Below are positions 17,545 to 27,543 of a stretch of DNA of 64,000 nt, one piece after another. Under the pieces are notes generated by a model, which had not been told where the DNA came from, ran no database searches, and was given only the letters and a program-made list of their open reading frames with translations. Position numbers and translations under genes: made by a program. Origin of the DNA: Acidimicrobiia bacterium (lineage in GTDB: Bacteria; Actinomycetota; Acidimicrobiia; Spongiisociales; UBA5794). Each line of letters starts with the position of its first letter. The first letter of the stretch is position 1. The stretch is from positions 5,614-69,613 of the forward strand of contig JANTHO010000004.1 of the NCBI GenBank assembly GCA_024762335.1, read 5' to 3'.

Positions 17545-18137
17545 CTCGACCATCCGGAGTAGAAGGGGAAGCTCCTGGCGTCATCGATGACCGCGAATCG
17601 ACCCGGACTCAGATAGGTGAGGAGTGGGGCGTCGGAGACGACGTGTTCGTCCTCGCGGTCGAGCGACCGTAGGGCGGCTTCATCGATCGATGCGGCAACA
17701 ACGCGTCCGATGACCAGGCTGTTCGGGCCGAGCTCGTCGACGGTGCGCTCAAGCGTACATTCGAGATGGATCCGTGCCCCACGAACGAGGAACCCGTTCA
17801 CGAACTCGGCGCGGACGGTCGGTATGGAACCGAGCGTGGGCTTCGTGCCTTCGTCGGTTCGAGGGGCCGCGGTGAAGCTTGCCGTGACGACCTGCTCCGG
17901 AGTCGGGTACGAGACGGTGAACACCCCGGTTCGCTTCGCATTCCGGTATGTGGCGTGGTCCTCACAGCAGACGAACCCGAAGTAGTTGTCCCATGAGACC
18001 GGGCCGGCCATGTGCTTCGGCGCGAAGTCGACCGTTCCGTCCGGTTCGGTGGTTCCGATGATGACGAGCGGGTGAACGAGAAAGAAGCGGTCCCAGATCG
18101 GGACGGTGCAATCGATGGAGATGGATTCGCCGCTCAT
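17541..18137 (-). CDS. Flavin reductase-like (split-barrel) protein
   Basis: LVIIGT, DFAPK, HATYRNAKRTGVFTVS, HLECTL, SLVIGRV. Confidence 0.8.
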   Translation of the reverse strand: MSGESISIDCTVPIWDRFFLVHPLVIIGTTEPDGTVDFAPKHMAGPVSWDNYFGFVCCEDHATYRNAKRTGVFTVSYPTPEQVVTASFTAAPRTDEGTKPTLGSIPTVRAEFVNGFLVRGARIHLECTLERTVDELGPNSLVIGRVVAASIDEAALRSLDREDEHVVSDAPLLTYLSPGRFAVIDDARSFPFYSGWSR

Positions 18138-18209
18138 GGTCCCTCTGCTCCGAGCGTACCGGGTGCGAAGGCCGCCCGCCAGGGGTCATGGGATGAGGAG
18201 GTTCGTGGT

Positions 18210-19223
18210 CTACTCGGCTGCAATCAGCGGGCGGTCGAGGTGGCGATAGTCGCCGGTTCGGAGATGGCACGCTGCTTCGTGGCCTTCACCGTTGATTGAT
18301 CGCAGTTCGGGTTCGTAGACGTCGCAGAGCCCCTTCTCGGCGATCGGGCACCGTGTGTTGAAGCCACAGCCGGTGGGTGGGTTGAGCGGACTGGGGAGGT
18401 CACCCTCGAGGAGGATGCGCTTCCGGTGCACCGTCGGATCGGGAACGGGGATCGCCGACAGCAACGCCTCGGTGTAGGGGTGGGTGGGGCGGTTGAAGAT
18501 GTCGTCACGGTTGGCGATCTCGACGATCTTCCCGAGGTACATCACGGCGATCCGGTCGCACAGATGCTCGACGACGCTGAGATCGTGAGCGATGAACAGC
18601 AGGGTCAGGTCCAGTTCGCGCTGGAGCTGCTTGAGCAGGTTCAAGATCTGCGACTGAATCGATACGTCGAGTGCCGAAACCGGTTCGTCGAGTACGAGGA
18701 ACCGGGGATTGACGGCGAGTGCCCTGGCGATGCCGATGCGCTGACGCTGCCCCCCGGAGAACTCGTGCGGATAGCGGTTGGCGTGGTACGGCTCGAGGCC
18801 GACGAGTTCGAGCACATCCGCCACCCTGCGGCCCCGCTGCTTTCGGGAGAGACCCTGGACGCGAAGGCCTTCGGCGATCGAGTCCCCGACGCTCGTGCGT
18901 GGATCGAGCGAGCCGAACGGGTCCTGGAACACCACCTGGGCATCTCTCCGATACCCTTTCAGATCCTTCTGCGACAGTTGGAGGACGTCGTTGCCGTCGA
19001 ATACGACCGATCCGGCGTTGGGTTCCTCGAGTCGGAGGATGGCCCTGCCGAACGTCGACTTCCCGCAACCCGACTCGCCGACGAGGCCGAGCGCCTCGCC
19101 CCGATAGATATCGAGATCGACACGGTCGATGGCCTTGACGAGACCGAGCACCTTCTGGAACGCGCCGCCCTTGACCGGGTACGTCTTGACGAGGCCGCGA
19201 ACGCTCATGAGGGGCTCGGTCAC
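18210..19223 (-). CDS. dppF: Oligo/dipeptide ABC transporter ATP-binding protein
   Basis: [39 protein letters not shown]-terminal CGFNTRCP...C...ACH. Confidence 0.92.
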   Translation of the reverse strand: MTEPLMSVRGLVKTYPVKGGAFQKVLGLVKAIDRVDLDIYRGEALGLVGESGCGKSTFGRAILRLEEPNAGSVVFDGNDVLQLSQKDLKGYRRDAQVVFQDPFGSLDPRTSVGDSIAEGLRVQGLSRKQRGRRVADVLELVGLEPYHANRYPHEFSGGQRQRIGIARALAVNPRFLVLDEPVSALDVSIQSQILNLLKQLQRELDLTLLFIAHDLSVVEHLCDRIAVMYLGKIVEIANRDDIFNRPTHPYTEALLSAIPVPDPTVHRKRILLEGDLPSPLNPPTGCGFNTRCPIAEKGLCDVYEPELRSINGEGHEAACHLRTGDYRHLDRPLIAAE

Positions 19224-20218
19224 GAGACACCCTCCTCATAGAGGAAACAACGGGTCGTGTGGCCGTCCTCGACGGTCCGCAACTCCGGGCGCTGCTCCGT
19301 GCAGATGCTGAGTCTGGCCTCTTCCCTGGCACGGCAACGGGGGGCGAATCGGCACCCACTGGGAAGGTCGATCAAGTTGGGGACCCGTCCTGGAATGACT
19401 TCGAGCCAGTCCTTTCGTGCTCCGGCGACCGGGATCGATCCGATGAGGCCCTTCGTGTACGGATGCTTGGGATCGGCGAAGAGCGTCTCCACGTCGGCCT
19501 CCTCGACGATCTCGCCGGCGTACATCACGGCCACACGGTCGGCGAGTTCGGCCACGACGCCGAGGTCGTGTGTGATGAGGATGATCGACGTGTCGAACTC
19601 GTCCCGGATCTCGCGCATGAGGTCGAGGATCTGTGCCTGGATGGTGACGTCGAGCGCCGTCGTCGGTTCGTCGGCGATCAGGAGCTCCGGACCGGCCGCC
19701 AGGGCCATTGCGATCATGACGCGTTGAGCCATGCCGCCGGACAGTTCATGGGGGTAGGCCTTGACCCGCTGCTCGGGATCCGGGATGCCGACCCTTCTGA
19801 GCATCTCGACGGCGCGGACGTACCCTTCTTTCGTCTTGATCCCTTCATGTATCTCGTAGACCTCGGCGATCTGCGACCCGGCGGTGAACACCGGATTGAG
19901 CGAGCCGACCGGCTGCTGGAAGATCATCGAGATGCGATCACCTCGGATCGAACGCATCTCCTTCTCGGAGAGTTCGAGGAGGTCGTCGCCGTGGAATTGC
20001 ACGGTGCCGCCGACGATCTTCCCGGGATCCTGGATGAGTCGGAGGATGGACATCGATGTGACGGACTTGCCGCACCCGGACTCGCCGACCAGGCCGAGGA
20101 TCTCGCCCTTGTCGACGGTCAGGTCGACGCCGTCGACGGCTTTGACCACACCGTCGCGGGTGAAGAAGTGCGTTTCGAGCCCCCGGACCTCGAGCACCGT
20201 CTCAGGCTTCGTGGTCAT
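19220..20218 (-). CDS. dppD: Oligo/dipeptide ABC transporter ATP-binding protein
   Basis: [36 protein letters not shown]; start MTTKPET overlaps the upstream stop. Confidence 0.92.
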   Translation of the reverse strand: MTTKPETVLEVRGLETHFFTRDGVVKAVDGVDLTVDKGEILGLVGESGCGKSVTSMSILRLIQDPGKIVGGTVQFHGDDLLELSEKEMRSIRGDRISMIFQQPVGSLNPVFTAGSQIAEVYEIHEGIKTKEGYVRAVEMLRRVGIPDPEQRVKAYPHELSGGMAQRVMIAMALAAGPELLIADEPTTALDVTIQAQILDLMREIRDEFDTSIILITHDLGVVAELADRVAVMYAGEIVEEADVETLFADPKHPYTKGLIGSIPVAGARKDWLEVIPGRVPNLIDLPSGCRFAPRCRAREEARLSICTEQRPELRTVEDGHTTRCFLYEEGVS

Positions 20219-21204
20219 TTCCCGAGCCTCGGATCGATGGCATCGCGGAGGCCGTCGCCGAGCAGATTGAACCCGAGGACGTTCCACATGATCATCAGAC
20301 CGGCGAAGAACACGAGGTGCGGGGCCGTGAACACCTGGTTGCGTTCGGCTGCGAGCATCGATCCCCATTCGGGTGTGGGAGGCTGGACCCCGAGTCCGAG
20401 GAACGACAGCGATGCGATCTCGAGCACGGCGGTGGCGACGCCGAGCGTGGCCAGAACGATCAGCGGTGTCAACGTGTTCGGGAAGATCCGGTGGGCGAGG
20501 ATGCGCCAGCGGGTGACCCCGAGGGCGCGGTCGGCCGAAACGTACTCCTGTTCGCGGATGCTCAGCACGGAGGAACGGACGATACGGGCATATTGGGGGA
20601 TCGTCACGATCGCGATCGCGAGGATCGCGTTGATCAGACCCGGCCCGAGCACAGTGACAACGGCGATCGCGAGTAACAGGGACGGGAACGACAACAAGAC
20701 GTCCATGACGCGCATCAGGATGTTGTCGGTCCATCCGCCGAAGAAACCGGAGAGGAGGCCGACGATCGTCCCCCAGAACACCGCGAACAGCACGGCGGCG
20801 AACGCTGCGATCAGCGAGATCCGGGATCCATAGACGATCCTGGAGAAGTAGTCGCGGCCGTTGCCGTCGATCCCGAGGATGTGTTGGGGTGTTTCCGGGT
20901 CGCACCCCAGCAGATGGATGCACGGCGGATCACGGGGAGCGACTCCCTCATCGAACAGCACCTGGTTCGGATCGTACGGTGCGATGACCGGGGCGAAGAC
21001 GGCCAGGATCAGCAGGACGGAGAGGAGCGTGAGGCCCACGATCGCCGATTTCTTGCGAACGATCTCGCGTCCCGCTGTGCGCCACAGCCCGCCGGTCGTG
21101 GTCGCCGAAACGTCGCCGCCGCTGAGATCGATACGCACCTCGTCCCTGACCTCGTCGGAGGCTTCCATGCTCTCCAGCGGCTGTTCGTCGTGATGGTCGG
21201 TCAT
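20215..21204 (-). CDS. dppC: Oligo/dipeptide ABC transporter permease
   Basis: [58 protein letters not shown]. Confidence 0.92.
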   Translation of the reverse strand: MTDHHDEQPLESMEASDEVRDEVRIDLSGGDVSATTTGGLWRTAGREIVRKKSAIVGLTLLSVLLILAVFAPVIAPYDPNQVLFDEGVAPRDPPCIHLLGCDPETPQHILGIDGNGRDYFSRIVYGSRISLIAAFAAVLFAVFWGTIVGLLSGFFGGWTDNILMRVMDVLLSFPSLLLAIAVVTVLGPGLINAILAIAIVTIPQYARIVRSSVLSIREQEYVSADRALGVTRWRILAHRIFPNTLTPLIVLATLGVATAVLEIASLSFLGLGVQPPTPEWGSMLAAERNQVFTAPHLVFFAGLMIMWNVLGFNLLGDGLRDAIDPRLGK

Positions 21205-22262
21205 GACACACGCACCCTCGGGTCGAGGTAGGTATAGAGAAGGTCGACGAGCAGGTTCACGATCACGAAACTCACCGCCACGACGAGCGTGAACCCTTGA
21301 ACCACCGTGTAGTCACGCGAGGTGATCGCGTCGAACAGGGTCTTTCCAACTCCGGTGAGATTGAAAATCGTTTCAGTGAGGATGGCCCCGCCGAGGAGGA
21401 GCCCGAACGAGAGACCGATGATCGTCACGACCGGAAGCATGGCGTTCCGGAGCGCATGTTTGAGCACCACGGTGCGTTCCCTGAGACCCTTCGCCCGTGC
21501 CGTACGGATGTAGTCGAGGCCGAGGACGTCGAGGAGCGACGATCGTGTCATCCGTGCGACGATCGCCATCGGGATCGTCGCGAGCGCGACTGCCGGCAGG
21601 ATGAGGTGCAGGAAGGCGCTTGAGAACACGTCCCACTGGAACGTGACGAGCGCGTTCATCAGTGTGAATTCCGAGAGGAATTCGGTGAATCCGTTCATCG
21701 GCAGATGCCACAACTCGTAGAACGGAACGGGGATCAGTCCCGCGTCGAGCTTGCCGGACGGGGGTAACGCCAGAGGCGTGTCGCGTAAGAAGACGGCGAA
21801 AATGTATTGCAGCATCAGGCCCAGCCAGAACACCGGCATGGCGACGCCGATGTTGGCGCCGATCATCGTCGCAACGTCGGTCTTGGAGTTGTGGCGGTAT
21901 CCGGAGACGATGCCGAGCGGTACGCCGACGATCACGGCGATGAAGAGTGCGGCTCCGGCGAGTTCAATCGTCGTGGGGAGTCGCTGGATCAACAGGTCGG
22001 TGACGGGAACACCGAAGCGGAACGACTCGCCGAGGTCTCCGGAAGCAATGTCTTTGAGGTAGATGCCGAACTGGACGTAGATCGGGTCGTTCAGACCGTA
22101 CCGCTCGTTGTAGGCGTCGCAGATTTCATCGGTGGCCCGTTCACCGAGCGCCGCCCGACACGGGTCGCCGGGAATCATCCGTGCGAGTGCGAACACGAGG
22201 GCCAGGATCCCGATGATTACCGGGATCGAAGAGATGAAACGGCGGAGTAGGAAACGGCCCAT
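21201..22262 (-). CDS. dppB: Oligo/dipeptide ABC transporter permease
   Basis: PGDP, RLPTTIEL, HLILPA, DYIRTARAKG, RDYTVVQG, DLLYTYLDPRV. Confidence 0.92.
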   Translation of the reverse strand: MGRFLLRRFISSIPVIIGILALVFALARMIPGDPCRAALGERATDEICDAYNERYGLNDPIYVQFGIYLKDIASGDLGESFRFGVPVTDLLIQRLPTTIELAGAALFIAVIVGVPLGIVSGYRHNSKTDVATMIGANIGVAMPVFWLGLMLQYIFAVFLRDTPLALPPSGKLDAGLIPVPFYELWHLPMNGFTEFLSEFTLMNALVTFQWDVFSSAFLHLILPAVALATIPMAIVARMTRSSLLDVLGLDYIRTARAKGLRERTVVLKHALRNAMLPVVTIIGLSFGLLLGGAILTETIFNLTGVGKTLFDAITSRDYTVVQGFTLVVAVSFVIVNLLVDLLYTYLDPRVRVS

Positions 22263-22282
22263 GAGTCAAGAGACTAGAGAAA

Positions 22283-22314
22283 GATCTGTGGGGTGCAATC
22301 GCACCCCACAGATC
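22283..22314 (-). terminator. Perfect 14-bp hairpin between the binding-protein and permease genes (terminator or mRNA-stabilising stem)
   Basis: GATCTGTGGGGTGC-AATC-GCACCCCACAGATC, followed by TTTCTCT on the minus strand. Confidence 0.75.
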
Positions 22315-22333
22315 ATCACTCGTTGTCGGTCGA

Positions 22334-24064
22334 TCAGCCTGCGTTGTTCTTGAAGCCGAACAGGGCATCCCAGTACGTGAAGTTGCCATCACGACCGGTG
22401 TGGTTCGGGCTGTTCAAGTCCCACTGGGCGTCGTAGCTGGCCACGACGTCGTTGGCGTCGAATGCGCTGCCGTCGTGGAACGTCACTCCCTTGCGGAGGT
22501 GGAACGTCCACAGCGTGCCGTCCTCATTCGGCTCGTAGGTTTCGGCGAGAGCGGGAACGACGTTGGTGCCGCCGATCTCGTAGGCGAGGAGCGATTCTGT
22601 GATCTGCTCACAGGCACGCAGGCTCTCGCCGTCGGTCTCATCTGCGCAGTACAGGCCGATGGGCTCGGCGTTCTGCATCCACACGAACGTGTCGCGTCCA
22701 CCCGGATCCATCACAGCGAAGTACTCGTTGCCGAGCGGGCTCGCTTGTGCATTGGTGACGTCGGCACGGTAGCCAACGCCCGAACCGCCGTGGGCGATCG
22801 GAACCATCGGAACGTGCTGCTTGATGAGCGCGGTCGCCTTCTCGTAGATGTCGAGACGTGCGGCCGGGTCGGGCGTCGAAGCGCCTTCGTCGAGCAGGTC
22901 CCAGATGTCTTCGAAACCGGCGCCGAACTGATCGGACGCGGTCCTTCCAAAGTGGAAGTCGAGGAAGTTGGTGGCGTCCGGATAGTCCGCGCCCCAACCG
23001 AGCATGTACATGGTCAGCTCACCGGCGTCGCTGGCGTCGAGGAAGGCCCCGGACTCCATGACTTCGATGTTGACCTTGACGCCGATGTCTGCGAGCTGTG
23101 CCTGGATGTCCTGGCCGACGGTTGCCGGCGAGGGCAGGTAGCTGCGGACGACGTCTCGGTAGTTCAATGTCACTTCGAAACCGTCGGGGTATCCCGCTTC
23201 GGCGAGCAGCGCCTTGGCGCCCTCGACGTCCTGGTCGTACCACTTGGGCTCCGGCGTGTATCCGAAGATCGGTTCCGGCATGAACTGGTCTGCGACCTTC
23301 GAACCTGGTGGGTAGAAGTTGTCGACGATCCGCTGACGGTCGAGCGCCATGCCGATGGCCTGGCGGACCCGCTCGTCGGTGAACGGCTCCTTGTCCCGGT
23401 TCATGCCGAGATAGAAGATGTTCGTGCCTGCCCGCTCCTTCAGCTGAAGGTCGGGGGAGTCCGAGATCAGAGCGAAGTCGTCACGGCCCGGGTTGTCGAT
23501 ACCGTCGACGGTGCCCGCCTGGAGTTCGACGAAGCGCTGAGCGGCTTCCGAGCTCCACTTGAACACGAGCGTGTCGGTGATCGCCTGATTGCCCCAGTAG
23601 TTGGGGTTCTTTTCCATGACGAGCTGGTTGCCCTTGTCCCACTGCTTGAGCATGTAGGGACCGGTGCCGACTGGTGCGTCCACGAGTGCGCCGCCGCCGC
23701 CATTGGCGTCGAGGTACTCCTGCGGGACGATGCCGAACGCAGAGAACGCAACCTTCGCCGGGAATGCGACGTCCTGGGTGCACAACTGGATCTCGACGGT
23801 GTTCTCATCTACCGCCTTGATGTAGTTGATGTTGCTGGTGTTCGTCGGGTCGTCGCAATCTGCTTCAACCATCATGCCGGCGAACTCTGCGCCTGCGGCG
23901 GTGGTCGTTGTTGCTTCCGTTCCTCCGCTTGCGGCGGTGGTTGTTGTTGCCTCGGTTCCTCCGCTTGCGGCGGTGGTGGTCGTCTCCTCAGAGCTCGACC
24001 CACATGCTGCCGCGATGAGTGCCATCACGAAGACGAGGACAAGTAGTTTGCTGAATCGTTTCAA
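22334..24064 (-). CDS. dppA: Family-5 (DppA/OppA-like) lipoprotein solute-binding protein, circularly permuted
   Basis: TTG start after GGAAGGAGG RBS; lipobox IAAAC; PVGTGPY, RVRQAI, GWGADYPDA. The usual N-terminal block PALAE..DG..WTFHLRKGVTFHDG lies at the C-terminus. Confidence 0.9.
   Translation of the reverse strand: MKRFSKLLVLVFVMALIAAACGSSSEETTTTAASGGTEATTTTAASGGTEATTTTAAGAEFAGMMVEADCDDPTNTSNINYIKAVDENTVEIQLCTQDVAFPAKVAFSAFGIVPQEYLDANGGGGALVDAPVGTGPYMLKQWDKGNQLVMEKNPNYWGNQAITDTLVFKWSSEAAQRFVELQAGTVDGIDNPGRDDFALISDSPDLQLKERAGTNIFYLGMNRDKEPFTDERVRQAIGMALDRQRIVDNFYPPGSKVADQFMPEPIFGYTPEPKWYDQDVEGAKALLAEAGYPDGFEVTLNYRDVVRSYLPSPATVGQDIQAQLADIGVKVNIEVMESGAFLDASDAGELTMYMLGWGADYPDATNFLDFHFGRTASDQFGAGFEDIWDLLDEGASTPDPAARLDIYEKATALIKQHVPMVPIAHGGSGVGYRADVTNAQASPLGNEYFAVMDPGGRDTFVWMQNAEPIGLYCADETDGESLRACEQITESLLAYEIGGTNVVPALAETYEPNEDGTLWTFHLRKGVTFHDGSAFDANDVVASYDAQWDLNSPNHTGRDGNFTYWDALFGFKNNAG
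23895..23986. repeat. 36-bp tandem repeat (about 2.5 units) encoding the (TTTTAASGGTEA)n linker
   Basis: gcggcggtggtcgttgttgcttccgttcctccgctt / gcggcggtggttgttgttgcctcggttcctccgctt / partial third unit. Confidence 0.85.
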
Positions 24065-24166
24065 GGGTGCCTCCTTCCCCTGTTTGGGGCCGATCCGCTG
24101 GATCGGTCGATTCAACGCTAGTCGTTCGCGAGGGACCAATGTTCCAACAATCGGCGATCGCTCATT

Positions 24167-24217
24167 CCGCGGGCCCGGGACGCCATATAGGGCGCAGAGA
24201 ACCCTGGGTTCGTGTCG
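24167..24217 (-). repeat. 51-bp dispersed repeat, copy 5 (singlet)
   Basis: CCGCGGGCCCGGGACGCCATATAGGGCGCAGAGAACCCTGGGTTCGTGTCG between divergent genes. Confidence 0.95.
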
Positions 24218-24245
24218 GGGTAGGGTTTGCGGGTTGCGCGAAGGG

Positions 24246-25076
24246 GTGCCCATCCGTACGACGATTGTCATGATCACGATCTCGGCGCTGATCTCGGTGC
24301 TGGCGTTCGTCGCGACCGTGGCCTTCTGGATCCAGCGATCGGCAGGCGACGAAGCGGCGTTCAGCGCCAACGCTACCGAGGTGCTCGCCATGGACTCTTC
24401 GCAGCAGGCGCTAGCGGAACGGTTGATGGACGAGGCGATCGATGCCGTCCCCCTGTTGGCGCTCGTTCGCGGTGCCGGCGAGCAGGCGACGGTCGTACTG
24501 CTCGACTCGGGAGCGTTCGACGAGGCGATGAGCCGCGTCATCATCGAAGCGCACCGGCACGTCGTGTCCGGAGAAGAGGGTCCGTTCACCGCCGACCTGA
24601 CCGACGTGCGTGATGTTCTCGTTGCACCGATCGCCCGTATCTCACCGGACCTTGCGGACCGGATACCGGTCGAAGTGTTCGAGAACGTTGTGATTCTCGA
24701 CTCCGGGGCTCTGCCGCTCCTCGGATTGCTGGCACGCGGACTCCCGGCGATCGTGATCTTCTCTGCTGCAGCCGCGGTCTTCCTAGCGGTCGCTCTGGTG
24801 ATGCTGGCGGATCGGCGGTCGATCGCGCTCGTCGCAGTGGGCCTCGCCGTGGCACTCGCAGGTCTCGGAGCGATGGTGTGGGGGACCGTCGGCGGGTCCG
24901 TCGCCGCCGACCGTATCGATGACGATCTGACGCGGGTTCTCGTCGTCAACGGCTACGCCGTGATCAGCCCGTGGCTCCGATCGGCTGGTTCCGTCCTCAT
25001 GGCCATCGGAGCCGTCTTCGCTGCGAGCGGGGTGGTCGTCTTCGCCGCACGGAGAGGAAGCGTCCGGGGTTCGTGA
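24246..25076 (+). CDS. Hypothetical integral membrane protein
   Basis: N-terminal TM, soluble domain and three C-terminal TMs; start uncertain (GTG 24246 or ATG 24270). Confidence 0.7.
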   Translation: MPIRTTIVMITISALISVLAFVATVAFWIQRSAGDEAAFSANATEVLAMDSSQQALAERLMDEAIDAVPLLALVRGAGEQATVVLLDSGAFDEAMSRVIIEAHRHVVSGEEGPFTADLTDVRDVLVAPIARISPDLADRIPVEVFENVVILDSGALPLLGLLARGLPAIVIFSAAAAVFLAVALVMLADRRSIALVAVGLAVALAGLGAMVWGTVGGSVAADRIDDDLTRVLVVNGYAVISPWLRSAGSVLMAIGAVFAASGVVVFAARRGSVRGS

Positions 25077-25147
25077 TCCCCACGCGAGAGGACGGGCCCA
25101 CGAACTCTGTCGCGGACCCGTCCTTCTCGTTGTACTCGGCGTTGCTG

Positions 25148-26065
25148 CTATCCGGTGACGCCGATCGCTTTCAGCCATTCGGCTGCGACGGTCTCCGGAT
25201 CCTTGCCGTCGATTCCGACGAACTTGTTGAGGGAGATCAGTTCGGCCGTCGTCAATTTCAGCGACACCTTGTTGAGGGTCTCGCCCAGTCCGTCGCCGTA
25301 GGCATCGACGATTTCGGTGCGTACGACCGGGGCCAGATTCTCGGCCGGCTGCAGTCCCTTGTCGTCCTCGAGGAGAACGAAGTCCTTCGCGAGGATGGTT
25401 CCGTCGCTGGTAAACATGAGTCCGACCTGGATCTCGTCACCTTCGAGGGCGGCGACCGTGATCGGGCCACCGACGTCGAGTGGGCGGAACTCCTGGAAGC
25501 TCAGCCCGTATACGCTCTCGAGGCCCTTGAGGCAGAACTCCCGTTCCGGACATTCGGGTGGGCCGCCGAGGACGAGCGTGTCGTTGTACGCCGCCAGGTC
25601 CGAGACCTTCGCGACCCCCAGTTCGTCGGCCGTTGCCTTCGTCACCACGAAGCCGTTCTTGTCCTGTGCCGCCGCGTAATCGAGGACCGTGAGGCCCTTC
25701 GGCTCCAGGGCGACCCGCAGCGCGGCGTGGGTCTCATCCGAGTCGGATGTTGCTGAGCCGCCGAGGAACGTCAGCATGGTTCCGATGTACTCCGGCACGA
25801 GATCGAGCTCTCCGGACTCGAGGGCCGGTTCGTAGATCTCCCGGTTCCCAACGTTCAGTTTCCGTTCGACCTGGTATCCGTCCGATTCGAGCGCCTGTGC
25901 GTAGATCTCGGCAACGAGCGCGTTCTCGCTGAAGTTCGCCGATCCGATCGTGATCGTCGGTCCTTCGATGGTTCCACCATCGCCACCCGACCCGCACGCG
26001 GCCGCGATGAGCGCGAACGCGGCGATGGCCGCCCCGGCGATGGTTCTGCGGCGTATGTTCCGCAT
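25148..26065 (-). CDS. Osmoprotectant (glycine betaine/choline) ABC substrate-binding lipoprotein
   Basis: Lipobox IAAAC; IGSANFSEN, DLVPEYIGT, LEDDK.LQPAEN; GGGAGGAG RBS. Confidence 0.9.
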   Translation of the reverse strand: MRNIRRRTIAGAAIAAFALIAAACGSGGDGGTIEGPTITIGSANFSENALVAEIYAQALESDGYQVERKLNVGNREIYEPALESGELDLVPEYIGTMLTFLGGSATSDSDETHAALRVALEPKGLTVLDYAAAQDKNGFVVTKATADELGVAKVSDLAAYNDTLVLGGPPECPEREFCLKGLESVYGLSFQEFRPLDVGGPITVAALEGDEIQVGLMFTSDGTILAKDFVLLEDDKGLQPAENLAPVVRTEIVDAYGDGLGETLNKVSLKLTTAELISLNKFVGIDGKDPETVAAEWLKAIGVTG

Positions 26066-26152
26066 GGGTCTCCTCCCATTTCGTTGTATGTCGATCAACC
26101 TAGCGAGAGGAACCCGCCAACGGTCGAAGTTCTTCCCGATTCCTGGGTCGGA

Positions 26153-26863
26153 TCAGGCGACGACGGATTCGACTTCGACCGGGCGGGAGCGGAGCGTCAC
26201 CGGCACGAGACGGTGCTCGAGCCACCCGAGGAGCACTTCGGTGATGATCGCGAGTCCCGCGACGAGTACCGCTCCGGCGAAGACGGTGACGTTGTCCTGG
26301 ATCGCGAACCCGTCGACGATGAAACGGCCGAGTCCTCCCCAACCGACGAGCGCTCCGAGGGTGGCGGTTGCGACCACCTGAACGGCGGCGACACGCCCGG
26401 CGGCGAGGATCACCGGCGAGGCCATCGGTAGTTCGACCGAGGAGAGCACTTCCCGATCGGTCATGCCCATGCCCCGCGACGCCTCAACCAGATCGGGGTC
26501 CACTTCGGCGACACCGGTGTAGGCGTTTGTGAACATCGGTGGCACGGCGAGGAACAGGAGGGCGAGGAACGTCGGCCAGAAGCCGATTCCGAGGCCGAGG
26601 CGGATGCTGATCGGCAGGAATAGGACGACGATCGCGAACGACGGGATCGCCCGTCCGATGTTCACGAACGCCACGACGAAGGTCCCGCCGATCCGCCGAT
26701 GGGCGAGCCAGACGGCCGGCGGGATCGCGAGGATCGCGGATGCTGCGGTTGCGGCCGCCGTGATCTGGACGTGCTCACGGAGACGGTTGAGGATCCCCGA
26801 CGATCCGAGCCAGTTCGCGGAGTCGGCGAACCACGCGACCACTTGACCGAGGAAGTCGATCAC
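26153..26863 (-). CDS. Osmoprotectant ABC permease
   Basis: NIGRAIPS, EASRGMGMT, VELPMASPVI, GWGGLGRFI. Confidence 0.9.
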   Translation of the reverse strand: MIDFLGQVVAWFADSANWLGSSGILNRLREHVQITAAATAASAILAIPPAVWLAHRRIGGTFVVAFVNIGRAIPSFAIVVLFLPISIRLGLGIGFWPTFLALLFLAVPPMFTNAYTGVAEVDPDLVEASRGMGMTDREVLSSVELPMASPVILAAGRVAAVQVVATATLGALVGWGGLGRFIVDGFAIQDNVTVFAGAVLVAGLAIITEVLLGWLEHRLVPVTLRSRPVEVESVVA

Positions 26864-27543
26864 AGCGCAACCCTTCGTCGCGACCACGGCGTGGCGATCC
26901 GTTGGATGCCGACCAGGGACAGGTCGACGGCGACGGCGAGGGCGACCGAGACGACGGTGCCGACGATGATCTGGGTTGTACCGATCGGGGAGTAGAAGAG
27001 GCTCAGGCCCCTGAGGATGAAGAACCCGAGACCCCCCTGGCCGATCAGGGCGGTCACCGTCACGAGTCCGATCGTCGTGACGGCGGCGATCCTGATCCCG
27101 GCGATGATCACCGGGAGGGCGAGTGGGAGTTCCACAGAGAAGAACAAGCCGCGATCCGTGTAGCCCATGCCGCGAGCCGACTCCACCGTGGCGGCTGGGA
27201 CGGCATCGATCCCAGCGACCGTGTTGCGGATCAGGATCAGCAGCGTGTACGAGACGAGGCCGATCTCGGCCGTGAGGATCGACAGGCCGGTGATGGGCAC
27301 GAGGAACGCGAAGAGCGCCAGGCTCGGGATCGTGTACAGGAATCCCGTGAACCAGGTAATGGGCGTGTAGGTGCGCCGGAAGCGAAGAGCGATCACCGAG
27401 AGAACGAGGCTGATCAGCATGCCGACGAACACGGCGATGCCGGTGAGGATGAGGTGCTCGACGGTTCGATCCCAGATGTCGTCCAGGTGGCCGGCGACCC
27501 AGGACCAGGAGAAGAAGCCGTCCGATGCTTGCAGGAAGATCAC
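26860..27543 (-). CDS. Osmoprotectant ABC permease
   Basis: YTIPSLALFA, ESARGMG, VELPLALPVIIAGIRIA, GQGGLG. Confidence 0.9.
   Translation of the reverse strand: MIFLQASDGFFSWSWVAGHLDDIWDRTVEHLILTGIAVFVGMLISLVLSVIALRFRRTYTPITWFTGFLYTIPSLALFAFLVPITGLSILTAEIGLVSYTLLILIRNTVAGIDAVPAATVESARGMGYTDRGLFFSVELPLALPVIIAGIRIAAVTTIGLVTVTALIGQGGLGFFILRGLSLFYSPIGTTQIIVGTVVSVALAVAVDLSLVGIQRIATPWSRRRVAL

Noticed and set aside
24065-24949. N-terminal extensions in the ORF track (dppA to 24949, yjjI to 53305, dppD to 20923, 48622 start for the L,D-transpeptidase, 29233 start for ptrB)
   Set aside because: They overlap divergent genes or repeats. RBS, -10 or lipobox evidence supports the shorter starts used here.
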